Of a stretch of 64,000 bases of DNA, positions 34,414 to 46,551 are shown in pieces. The notes under the pieces were generated by a model. The model did no database searches, had not been told where the DNA came from, and saw only the letters and a list, made by a program, of their open reading frames with translations. The stretch covers positions 682,001-746,000 of the forward strand of contig JBBPEB010000017.1 in assembly GCA_039096225.1 (NCBI GenBank). The letters run 5' to 3'. The stretch comes from Blastocystis sp. Blastoise (Eukaryota > Protista > Bigyra: Opalinata). Within the stretch, counting starts at the first letter, position 1, and each line of letters opens with the position of its first letter. Position numbers and translations under genes: made by a program.

Positions 34414-36141
34414 TTATATAGGTACATATATATATGGTTTATCATCATCATCATCATGTATAATCCATTCAGGAACAAGTTACTCATCACCAATTATAAC
34501 CGCGGTTATTTCTCTTCTTTTCTCATTATCACTCTCTTCTTCTTCTTCTTCCTCTTCTTGTATTCCTCTTTTTGATAATTTAGATAATATCATAAATAAT
34601 AATAAAAAGGATAATTATTGTCATAACAGTGCTTCTATTCGACAAATGCTAATAGAAAACACCAAAAGAATCACGGGAAAATCAGTTTTTGAGCAAGGAT
34701 CTGGATCCCTCGATACGTCATCTTTACGCCAATCATATGAATCCTTTTTGCCACATGTCAGTTTTTATCCTAATTCCCTTGATTATTCGGATAAATCTTA
34801 TTTTTATCCATTATCTCTTCAACCTCTGTATATATTTATATATATATACTATTATTATATTCATTTTAGTAAATTAATTAAACTATTCTTGATCAATATT
34901 TCCTAGATATTAATATATATAGTTATCTCACATCTTCTCCTTTATGTATATATATAACTATCATAAATAGTATATCTATATCTTCTTTTATTACTCATCC
35001 TCCATTCCTTGAAACTCTATCTCTTCTTTCCTCTATACAGGTATATATATATATGATTTATAGTCTTTATATATATTATTATTTATTATATATGTACATA
35101 TATATTATTATTATTATTATTATTATATAGATAACTTCCCATGGGGATTCCACTATATATCCATATTTTGGGAAAATACTTATTTGTATTTCTATATTAT
35201 CATCTCTTTCGAATTATAATGGAAATATTCATGGGAATATTGCACTTACAATTACTGTATTTTATGATGATTATTTTATTATTATTTATTATGTATATAG
35301 TCAAATAATAGTCCTCATAACTATTCTATACCATTCTCAGTACTAGTTATTCCGACACCCCCGCGGGAAAAACGCTTTTTATGGGATTATTATCATAATT
35401 ACCAGGATTCTACACCTTTTGTTGCAAGTGATTCATTATCTCATAATGTATATATATATAATTCTCTCATATTCTTTTATAATGTATTAGAATTGCATTT
35501 CAATATATATATATAGAATGGTGAAGGTGATATATATGGTGATCATATATATACAAATTATTTATCTATATATCGATATTTAGTAGAGAATGGATATTAT
35601 ATAGATATTCTATATTCTCCTTTATATACAGTATCTTTAAATATGTATAATGCTATTTGGATTGTAGATATAGAAGAGATAATAGAAGAAGAAGAAAGAG
35701 ATATACTTTTACATGTATATATATATATTATTTTCATTATACTTATTATTATATTCATTATAAGAATTGTTAACGATAATATAATGATTATTATATATAT
35801 ATATATAGAGTATTATCAATGAGGGTTTTAATATTATTCTCTTTTCAGAGTGGGATAATCATGATTATTTGAATCAATTACGCCATTATGATAGTTATTC
35901 TCATAAAAATATACAACCATTCTATACGTATATTCATTAATATTCATTCTATATAATAGTTGATAACTATATGAGTATAGTTATAATACTACTTTTTTCT
36001 ACTATATTCAATATATCTATTCTATATATGTTTATAGAGGTAATAATATTCAAACCATATCTTCATTATTCTCTCTCTTTAATATTTCTTTCTCTAATGA
36101 TATATATCAAGGAGAAATCATTCATAATCATATTCATATTC

Positions 36142-36180
<39 letters not shown>

Positions 36181-36226
36181 AATTATTTATAAACATGAAA
36201 TATTTTATTATTGTTTAAATTAACTA

Positions 36227-36261
<35 letters not shown>

Positions 36262-36699
36262 TAGATTCATGCGAGTGGTTCTATTATTCTTCCTTCTTTT
36301 TCTTATTCTCCATTAAATTATTATCCATATACATATATATATAAAACAGAACTTAGAAATATTATAAAAAGAAAGAGAGAAAATTGTATTTTGGGATTAA
36401 TTATGGTATATATATCAATTTATATATGCTTAATTATTATATATATATTTATATAACTATATATAGAAATCGTGTAGTTCTTGTGGGAAAATTATGATTT
36501 TTACTGATTCTGGAATAATTGATGATAGTGATTCATTTAGTTCATTATTCCTTACGATTCCCCGCGATTTTATGGAATTCATAAAACATGATTCTATACC
36601 TAAATCATTTATTCCTGTATTTTAATTTTTTTTTTAGTAAAATATTAATAGAAATATTATTATTGTTGTCCTGAAAATTCTATTTATATATTAAAATAA
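33198..36699 (+). CDS. MBTPS1: Divergent site-1 protease (S1P/SKI-1, subtilase S8), multi-exon
   Basis: Catalytic D (ICVLDTG), H (DHGTFISG), oxyanion N (AAGNSGP) and S (SGTSYSSP), plus S1P-specific FSSRGMTTREL, GRIKPDIV, FEQGSG, IPTPPREKRFLWDYYHN and GDHIYTNY. Confidence 0.85.
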
Positions 36700-36813
36700 C
36701 TCTATTCTCTTTAAATACAAAACAATAATAATAAATAATAAAATAATTTAATGAATAACAATAAAAAAATCATTAATACATGAATTTAATACACTACGGA
36801 CAGTTTTTTGGGG

Positions 36814-37098
36814 TTTAGTAAAAAGATAATCGCAAATTTCAGTGTGGTTTCCCCAGTGATCGAGCAGTAAAAAGGTTTAAAGACATTTCAGTGGGAATTT
36901 TTAAATATGCTTTAGTAAAAAGATAATTGAAAATTTTAGTTTGGTTTCCCCAGTGATCAAGCAGTAGAAACATATTTTGACATTTCAGTGGGAATTTTTA
37001 AATATGCTTTAGTAAAAAGATAATTGTAAATTTCAGTTTGGTTTCCCCAGTGGTGGAGCAGTGTCATTTTTGGTCAGAGTTTCAGTGGGTTTTTTTAT
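36814..37098 (+). repeat. Three 97-bp tandem units, each with an imperfect hairpin, an 18-nt variable core and a T-run
   Basis: Units begin TTTAGTAAAAAGATAAT at 36814, 36911 and 37008. Each contains conserved GGTTTCCCCAGTG..AGCAGT-[18 nt]-TTCAGTGGG. Confidence 0.9.
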
Positions 37099-37389
37099 CA
37101 ACAGAGCAGTGAATAAGTATGACACACCTTAAAATAGATAATTGGCCAATAGAAATGCTTATTTTCATCCTTTATTCTATATTTATTGGTCTTTATATTA
37201 TTTTTGTGGTGTAATAATCAACGATACAACAAAACAAGCAAATTAAATAACATCAAATTATAATTAAAAACATATAATAAAAACAAGAATAATAAATATA
37301 TAAAAAACAATATAATAAATATTTAAAAAAAGATAATAAAACATATAATTAACAATATAATTTAGTATATATAATATTTAATAATATTT

Positions 37390-38051
37390 AAGCAGCAGGA
37401 CAGTTTCAGTCTTTAATTGGAAACCCAAACCAAGCCAACCTATATAAAGAGATGATATTAATTAACTAGTACTATTAGTAATATATATAACATTTTAAAA
37501 TAATAATAAAATAAAAATATATACCTTTTATTGAAGCCATTACTAGAAAAAGCAAGGACCAAAGGCAAGGAACCATCCTATAAAAGATATATTAAATAGT
37601 ATAAGTAATAAAAAGGAATATAATTAATATATATACATACCTTTGATAAGCCATTCTCTCCAATTAACAACAACGACAGCAACGGAACCCCCGGAAACCT
37701 ATATAAAGATAGAGTAAGTTATATAATATAATAATATATAATAAAGTAAATTAATATAGAATAATAAAATATAAATATATACATTACTGCTATATAAATA
37801 TAAAGTGGGGTTAGTTATATAATATGTAATAGATAATATAGATGATATATACCTTCTTTTAACATTGATTCCTTCCATTCTAGACCTAAAGAACCCATCT
37901 ATAAGAGAGCCACGACCACACAAAAGAAGGACCAGAACGTTTAAGGAGACCAGCAAGTGTCAAAACACCAAGCAGAGACAGCTACTATAGAAAATGAATG
38001 AATAGAGTAGAAAAAATAAAATATAAAGAAACAGCAAACACCTACCATCAT
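37390..38051 (-). other. Five-exon spliced GU-rich transcript: lncRNA or microprotein gene (longest ATG ORF 54 aa, 37878 to 37413)
   Basis: GC-rich islands (37985-37853, 37698-37641, 37578-37525, 37439-37390) are bounded by minus-strand TATAG acceptors and AG|GTAT donors. No frame is open from exon 1. Confidence 0.6.
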
Positions 38052-39890
38052 AATAGTATCATATATAATAAAATAAAAATAAAATTTAATAATATATCAT
38101 ATTAATCATATAAGATATAATAAAATAAATATGTAATAAGTCATATTGCTTTTTTGTTTTGTTGTAAAAGGGAATAATAGGAATTTAGAAGATATGACTG
38201 AAATAATAAAAATAAACATGAATAATCTCATATCTACTAAATATAGAGAATCTTCATCATAAATGAAATGAATGGTTAAGAATAAAAGAGAAAGAGAAAT
38301 TTTATTTCTATGAGGAAAATGGATATTGTTATTGTTATTTTTAATTTATCATAATTATCATAAGTAATACAAAAATTGTTTTATTTTAAAGAATTATATA
38401 GTTATTTATCATTATATCATTTTATAATCAGTTTTGACTATGGAAGAGTGATTTTTATCCTTAATTGTCAAAATTATTTTTAGTATCACTCAGTAAGTAT
38501 AAGTCTTTTAAAAAATAAATATAGGTTACAATACAGACTTATAGAGAAGACTCTGAAACTTCTATTTCCAGAATAAAAGTCATTTATATAATCCAGAATG
38601 ATTGTCTGAATCTTCATTTAGAGTATTATTTTGAGTCATATATCTTCAATAAAATGATAAAATAAAGAAAATGAAGATAAAAAAGGTCTAGAGTCAAAAA
38701 TGTTATAAATTATTATTTTTTAATGTATTTGTCCAGATTTTTTATTAATTTATTATCACAATATGACAAAGAGAGTGGAAAAAATATTTTTAAAGTGAAT
38801 TAAAGCAATAATTGAAATCAAGTTAAAGTCTTCTAATATCTTTAAATAGACTTGATACACATAAGGTAAGCGTTTTTTCATGCAAATAGTGTTTTTCATT
38901 TAAATAATATCAAAAACAAATCAAAATAGTATTTTATAATTACTCAGCAAGAACTTTTTCTAGTATTCAAGGACTTACTATTATCAAATATACGTATAAA
39001 CAAACAAAAATCATATTTTATATATTTTTAGTTGAATAGTCGGAGTCGTGTTGATAGTTTATTATAAAACAAATGCAAAAATCACTTTTTTGTTAAAAAA
39101 AGTCTTATATCGATATATAGTTTTATTCATAATTTATTTATTGTCTATAAACTCTGTGTATTCATTTTAAGTGATTTTTAGTAAAACTAAAATTATTTGA
39201 AATACATATTCTAATTTCGAAAATGACAAAAACATATTATATTACATATTTAGTGTTTAAATGAAGTTTAAAAGTTATTAAAATATCAATTAGTTAAAAA
39301 ATATAAAATATTGAGAATCTCCATTTTTATGACTTGTCTTAAATCACATTAAAGGTGTATGATTGAATATTTGTATTGATTATTTGTATGATCCTAGCAT
39401 TATTTTCTAAGAATTTTGTTTTCTAACAAGAATAAATTCTTAATTTATTATTTATCAAGTTAAAAATGAATTTAAATGATTATTTTCTAGTGTAAAAGGG
39501 TATAGTTGTTATATAAAAAAAAATTACGCAGAATAATTTGATAATCAAATTTTGAAAATGAGAATTATTATTTTGAACTAAACTAATTTTTCACATATAC
39601 ACATTATAAAACGACCTGAATAATCTATTGAGAAGATTCTGTGTTTGATAATAAACTTAATTAAGTAATTGACTGTTGTTGTGTCTCTTTTTGTTAAAAA
39701 GATTATTTTGAATGCTATTTTTGATTGATCTATATATTATCAATGCATTCAATAATGAAATAAATACGTATGTAAAGAAAAAATAGTAATTGATCTAATT
39801 TATCTTCATCTATTTGAATAGATAATTTTTGAAAAAATTAATATAATATATTTATTGATACCTATATATAAAGAATTAGTTATGTAATTG

Positions 39891-39959
39891 ACCTTAAGAC
39901 AGGAATTGAACCTGTTTTCTATCATCAACTGATAGATACTTACCAATATAAGCTTAAGG
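39891..39959 (-). tRNA. Non-canonical tRNA-like cloverleaf (nominal anticodon TTG/Gln); pseudo-tRNA or tRNA-like element
   Basis: CCTTAAG/CTTAAGG acceptor stem (7/7), D-loop with GG, CTATC/GATAG anticodon stem, ACAGG-TTCAATT-CCTGT T arm. It has C8, G33 and a 3-nt variable loop. Confidence 0.6.
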
Positions 39960-40029
39960 ATAATATAGAATAAAAAAACATAAATGAAAGTAAAATAGTA
40001 GGAATAATGAGATCAGTATGATGTGTAAG

Positions 40030-43000
40030 GATATATATATATGTATAAGTGAAAAAGGATGCTAGAAATAGGGAAAAAAGTAATAAAGAATAAAAAGAGA
40101 AAGAAATATAAAGTGAATGAGATAGGGTCTTTAATTATTGAGATTAATAAAAAAAATGAAAATAATTTATAATAAATGACAAAGATAGATATATAGAGAT
40201 CTATAATAATAAGGAATGCAGAAGAGAAGAGGATTAGAGGATAAAGAATAAGAAGATAAGGAAGATAAGGAAGAAGATAAGGAAGATAAGGAAGAATAAG
40301 AAGATAAGGAAGAAGAAGAAGAAGATAAAGAAGAAGATAAGGAAGAAGAAGAAGAAAAGAAGAATAGGAAGAAGATAAGGAAGAAGAAGAAGAATAGGAA
40401 GAAGATAAGGAAGAAGAAGAAGAATAGGAAGAAGATAAGGAAGAAGAAGAAGAAAAGAAGAATAAGAAGAAGATAAGGAAGAAGAAGAAGAAAAGAAGAA
40501 TAGGAAGAAGATAAGGAAGATAAGGAAGAATAAGAAGAAGATAAGGAAGAAGAAGAAGAAAAGAAGAATAAGAAGAAGATAAGGAAGAATAAGTAGATAA
40601 GGAAGAAGAATAAGAAGAAGATAAGGAAGAAGAATAAGAAGAAGGAAATGAATAATGACAACAAGAAGATGAAGAATAAATAGAATAATGATAAGAAAGA
40701 ATAAATAGATTAATAAGAGAACAAGAGGATGAATGTGAAGAAGAGACAAGGAAGGAGGTGAAAAAAAAGAAAGAAAAGCAAGATAAAGAATAGGAAGAAG
40801 ATATACAAGAAAATGAAGAAGAAGAGAAAGAAAAGAAAAGAAGAATGAACAAAAAACATATATAGAGAACAGAAAGATATAAAGAAATAAAAGAGATAGA
40901 TATATAGATAGATGGATATATAGATGGATGCATAAATAGACAGATAAAATGAGAAAGAAATAGAGAATAAGAGATACAAAGATATAAATAAATAGATAGA
41001 TATAGAAAAGAGAAAGAAGAAAAGAGAGAAATAAAAAAAGAAATCAGATAGAAAGAGATAGAATGAGAGATAGAACGATAGATAAAGAGAGATATACAAA
41101 GTAATGAAATAGAGAACCAGAGAAAATAGATACAAGAATAAAGATAAAAATCGAAGAAAGAGTGTGAAAGTAAAATAACATAAAGAGAGATAGAGAGAAA
41201 GAGATGAATTGAAGAAATAGCGAGAAGGATGAAGGAAAAATATATAATAGGAAGAGGAAGAAGGGAGAGGAAGAAAAAGAAAAAGAGACGAAGATGGGAT
41301 ATGAAGACAAAGATGGGAGAGAAAAAGATCAGGAAGCGAGGAAACAAAAAGATAAAAATATATAAAGAGGGAAAAAGTTCAGAAAAATAGAAAAAGATAG
41401 AGAGGGATAGGGAAAACTAATAATATAGAATGATAAAGAGAGAATGAGAGATAAAGAAAGATAAAGAAGAAAAAAGAGTTATAAAATAATAAAGAAAGAA
41501 AAAAAAGAACGATAGTATATGAGAGAAGAAAGAGACACAAAGAAAAAGATAAATAAGAGAGAAACATAGAAAGAGATAGAATATATAGAAGATGAGAAAG
41601 GATTGAGATAGAAAGATACATTGAGATAGAAGAAGACAGAAGGATATAGAGAAGGAGATACATAGTGATAAAAAGGAAAACATGAATAGAGAGTAGATAG
41701 AAGAAAATAGAGAAGGAGAAGTAGATAAAAGAAGATAGAAAGAAGAGAGAAGTAGATTAAAATAAAAACAAATAGCAAGAAATAAAAGAAGATAGGGAAG
41801 AATATAGAATGATCTGAAGAATGAGATGTAGATAGAAGTGAATAGAAGGAAATAGAGAAGGAGAAGTAGATAGAGAAGAATAAAATGAAAGTAGAAGTAG
41901 AAGGAGAATTAGAGAGAAATAGGAAAAATACGTAGGACACGAGAGAGAGAGAGAGATAAAATGATATAAAATAATAGAGAGGGAGAGAAAGCGGATTGAG
42001 ATATAGTAAGGGAGAAACATGTAGACAGAGATAGAGAAGTAGATAGAGGGAGATAAAGAAGATAGAAGAGACATACAAGGAGAGATAGTAGATTAAGCTA
42101 GAATGGATATAATAAGATAGAGAAGAAAAAGAAAGAGATATAAGCAGATAAGAGAAAATTGAAGGAAATAGAGAATGAGATACAGACACATAAATGAGAT
42201 AGAATGAGATATATAGAGATAGATAAATATGAAGAAAAAAATAGGAATACATAGAGATAGAAGGATATTGAAAGAGAGAGAAAAGGAGAGAAAGAAGATT
42301 GAGACAGAAGGAGTAGCAGAGATAAAAGGAAATAGAGAAGGAAATAGAAGGAGAATGAGAAAAGAAGGAGAAGGAGATATGTAAGATTTGGATAAAATGA
42401 GAAAGAGAAGAAGAATAGATAAGAAGAATATGATAGAAGGAGATAGAAAAAGAGATGAATAGGGATAGAAAGAGACAAATAAGGGAGAAATTGTTAGAAG
42501 GATATAGAAGAAGATAGAAAACGAGAAAGAAGGAGAGATTGAAAGATATAAAGGAGATTAAGAAAGAAGTGAGCAAGAAGAAGATAGAGATAGATAGAAA
42601 GAAATAAAAGGAGATAAATAAAAGATAAAATGGAGATAAATAGGAGATTAAGATAGAAGAAAAGAGAGAAGGAGATAAAAGTGATAAAAAGGAAAACATG
42701 GATAGAGAGGAGATAGAAGAAAACAGAGAAGGAGAAGTAGATAAAAGAAAATAGAAAGAAGAGAGAAGTAGATTAAAATAGAATAAAATGTAGATAGAAG
42801 GAACAGAGAAGTAGATTAAAATACAGTAGATAGGAAAAGATAAAAGGAAGATAAGGAAGGATATAGAATGATCTGAAGAATGAGACAGAGAATGAAGAGA
42901 AGGAACAGAGAAGTAGATTAAAATAGAAGGAGATGTGGATAGAAGGAGATAAAAGAAAATAGAGAAGGAGAAGTAGATAGAAGTAGATAGAAAGAAGAGA

Positions 43001-44780
43001 GAAGTAGATTAAAATAAAATAAAATGTAGATAGAAGGAGATAGATACATATAAAAAAAGATAGAGAATGAAATATGAAAAACAAAGTAGAGAGGAATAGA
43101 GAGAAAAAATAAAAAATAAATAGAACAAGAGAGAGAGACAAAAAATACGGAATGAGAGTAAGAAGGAAAGAAAGAGGATTGAGATATAATAAGATAGAAC
43201 GATGCAGAAGGACATAGAGAAGTATAGAAGTAGGTAGATAAGATAAAGGCAAAATAAAATGAGAAAGAGATGTAAATAGAACAATCCAGAATGAGAGAAA
43301 GAAGACGAGAAAGTAGATTAAAATAGAAGGAATATAATGATATGAAGAAGAAAATAGAAACGTAGATAGAATTAGATAGAATGAGATAAAATGAGTTAGA
43401 TGGGTATAGAAGGAGAGAGAAATGAAACAAATAAAAAGATAAAGAACGAGATAAAGTGAAGAAAAAGATATAGATACATAAAAGGAGATATAACGAAATA
43501 AAAAGGAAATAAAAAGGAAATAAAAAGGAAATAAAAAGGAAATAAAAAGGAAATAAAAAAAATAAATAGAAAATAAAATAAAAGACAAATAAAAAATAGA
43601 GAAGATAAAAATAGAAGGATAAAATAGAAATAGAGACAGGGAAGACTAAAAAGAAGGAGCTTAGAAGGAGATAAATGAAGATATAGAAGGAAAAGTATAT
43701 AGAAGGAGGAGAAAATAAAGATAGGAAGAAACAGGAAAGGAGATAAGGAAGAAGTAGAGAAGATAAAGATAAATACAGATAGAGAGAGGTAGAAGAAGAT
43801 AGAAAGAGATAAAGTAATAATAGAGAAGGAAAATGAGATACAAAATGAGATAGAAATGATTAATATAGAAGGAGATGAGAATGGCATAAATAACTGAAAT
43901 AAGTAGGTATAAGTAGATAGAGAAGGATAAAGATAGAAATAGAAATAGAGAAATAAATATAAAAAAAAATTGAAATACAAGGTGAACGAGAGAGAGAAGG
44001 AGACAAAAAGAGAGAATGAAGATATATAATGAGATGAAGAAGGAGATTGAAAGAGAAGATAAATATAGACAGTGAAAGAGAGAAATAAAAAGAATAACTA
44101 ATCATAGACATAGAGAGAAATAGAGAGAAATAGAACATACAGAGGGAGGAAAGAAAAACGGGAGAAGAATATGTGGAAAGAGATAGAGAAGATGATAGAA
44201 GAAAATATGATATAAGAAAGATAAAGATAGATAGGAAGAGATATAGAAAGATATAGAAGGAGAGTGAGATGAAAAAAGAAAGAGATGGGGATCGAGATAG
44301 AAGGAGATATAAATAGTAGACAAGGAAATGGAGAGATATAGGGAGAACTACGACGGAAGAAGAAAGAAGACTGAGACAGAATGAAATAAAGAAGAATTAG
44401 TTAGAAGAATGAGAGAAGGAAATAGACAAGTAGTGGATTTAGAGAAGAAGATAAAAGAAAAATAAAGAAGGAAATAGAAAAGGAAACGAGAAGAAGATAG
44501 AAGAAGATAGAAAGAATGCTAATATATAACGAGGTTAGAAGGAGATAGAAAGATAGAGAGAAGTTAAAATATAGAAAGAAGTGAGAAGTAAGAAGGAAGA
44601 AGAAGAAGAAAAATATTAGGATGCAAGAGACAGAGTAAGAAGAAAGTAGGAAGAAGTAAGAAATAAAAAAAGAAGAAAGTAAGCAGAAGAAGAAGAAAGA
44701 AGAAGAAAGAAAAGAAGAAAGTAAGAAGTAAGAAGGAAGACAGAAGGAAGAAGAAAGAAGTAAGAAGAAAATAAAACTTT
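40030..44780. repeat. About 4.7-kb purine-rich (+) / pyrimidine-rich (-) low-complexity block with nested degenerate repeats
   Basis: Mostly A/G on the + strand with very little C. GAAGAAGATAAG-type array at 40245-40645; ~100-bp direct repeat at 41664 and 42680; AAATAAAAAGG array at about 43496-43560; recurrent AGTAGATTAAAATA. Confidence 0.9.
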
Positions 44781-46551
44781 GATTAAGAGAAGACGATAAT
44801 TCTTGAGTAATAAGGGAAACTAGATAAATAAATAAATAAATTGTAAATATATTAGAAGAAACATACTAAAAAATAATTTTTGAATCTGGTAATGTTGAGG
44901 CATAAAATAGAAAAGAAAGCAGGAATACAAGAAAACAACCTAAAGAAGTAAACAATAATAAATAAATCTATTAAAATAATGAAAAAAAATAAAATAAAAT
45001 GAATTAGAATTCTAATTCAAGAAAAAGAAAAAATAAAGTTAATAATTATATAAAATAACAAATAACAAGTGATCTATCATATAGTATGACAGCAATATAA
45101 AAAGCTAAAGAGATAAAAGATAATTATTAAAAAAATATATATATATATACTTTGAAAATAATTTGACATCATGGACCTTATTAAGACAGATTGAAGAAGC
45201 CTATGAAAGCCATAAGACGACAAGAAACTATATATGCTAGAGAATGGGAGAATAATAATATGGATAAAGAATAAAAAATAGTAATATACATACAAGAGAA
45301 TAATCTGAAGTTAAAATCAACTTCTATTTTTAAAAATAAAAGCTAATAAAAATAAAATAAAAATAAAGAAAATATGTAACAAATGAAAAATTTTCAAAGT
45401 CAATAGGCTCAATAGCGTATGGGTGTTTTCAGGTCTTAAAAGAAGAAATCATTTTTGCGGGAATATCGAGAAATTCAAAAAAAGTATTTTTTCCCTCCTT
45501 TTTTCACTGTCATTTTTCTTTAATATTTTAGACTTTTTAGTATTAAAAACGATTCTTAAAGGTATATATAGAGACTCTATACCACTTTTGAGACTAAAAA
45601 TCAAATATTTAAAAATGAGTGGAAATCACGACAAGCAATAAAAACAATTTTGTGAAGCTTGGTATGTTGTGTATAAGCATATGTAACAACAGAGATGATA
45701 AAAACATACAACTCCTCTTGGTTTAGGACATAATTATAAACTCTCTCAAAAAGACTATTTTTAATCCCAAAACGATACCCTGAACTATAAATCATGTCCT
45801 GAATGTTATTTTAAAGTCATATTTTGATAAAGAGGTTTATTGACGATAATCAATAAACAAAAACAAGAGCTTCTGTTTTACTTTTCTTTTTTGAATTTTT
45901 AATTGTTTTGACTTTCTAGGGTAGTTGGCTAAAAGAATGCTGTCGTCTTTAGGCTAAAAAATTATGAATAAAAAAGTCAAGTCATTTTATTGTTTTTTCC
46001 TTGGGAAATCAAAAATAAGAAATTTTTAGGTGTGTTTAATTTAGGCTGTATAATGATTTATATTGTAAAAGGACTTGACGAGAATGACAAGAGTGATAAT
46101 ACATCACTCAGAGATTACACAACTTTAAAAAAATTTCTCACTCATGTAATCCATTCCTGAATTATAGACTTCAGAGAAAAACTTAAAGTCCTTTTGGTTT
46201 TAAACAGTCATTTTAAATCATAAAACACTGTAAAAGAGTCAATATTTAAACCAACTATGATTATATCAATAAACAATAAATTTTGTAGAGTTATTTTTAA
46301 GTTATTCTCGTCAAAAAGAGAGAAACTTGACAAGTTGGCGGAGCTTTTGTTCTCGGGTTTAGGCCAACGTATTTTTGATTTAAAAATCCCAGTCATTTTG
46401 TTGTTTCTCTTACGGGAAATAGGGTCAAAAAAACAAAAATTGTCCGTAGTGATAATAAAATAAATTTATGAATAATAATAAAAAAAACATTAATAAATGA
46501 ATAGAATAATGCAATAAATATATGTATCTAAATAAATAAATAAATAAAAGA

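Noticed and set aside
36814-37098. CRISPR array interpretation
   Set aside because: Eukaryotic context, no cas genes, ~79-nt constant part with only 18-nt partly related cores, and three units. Kept only as an unexplained array.
37853-37985. Ornithine decarboxylase antizyme (+1 frameshift at TTT-TGA or CCT-TAA)
   Set aside because: No downstream frame resembles the antizyme domain.
40013-44323. Long minus-strand ORFs (444, 406, 271 aa and others) rich in F/L/S/I/Y
   Set aside because: Pyrimidine-rich DNA rarely forms stop codons. ORFs overlap in all three frames with no domain signal, so this is a compositional artefact.
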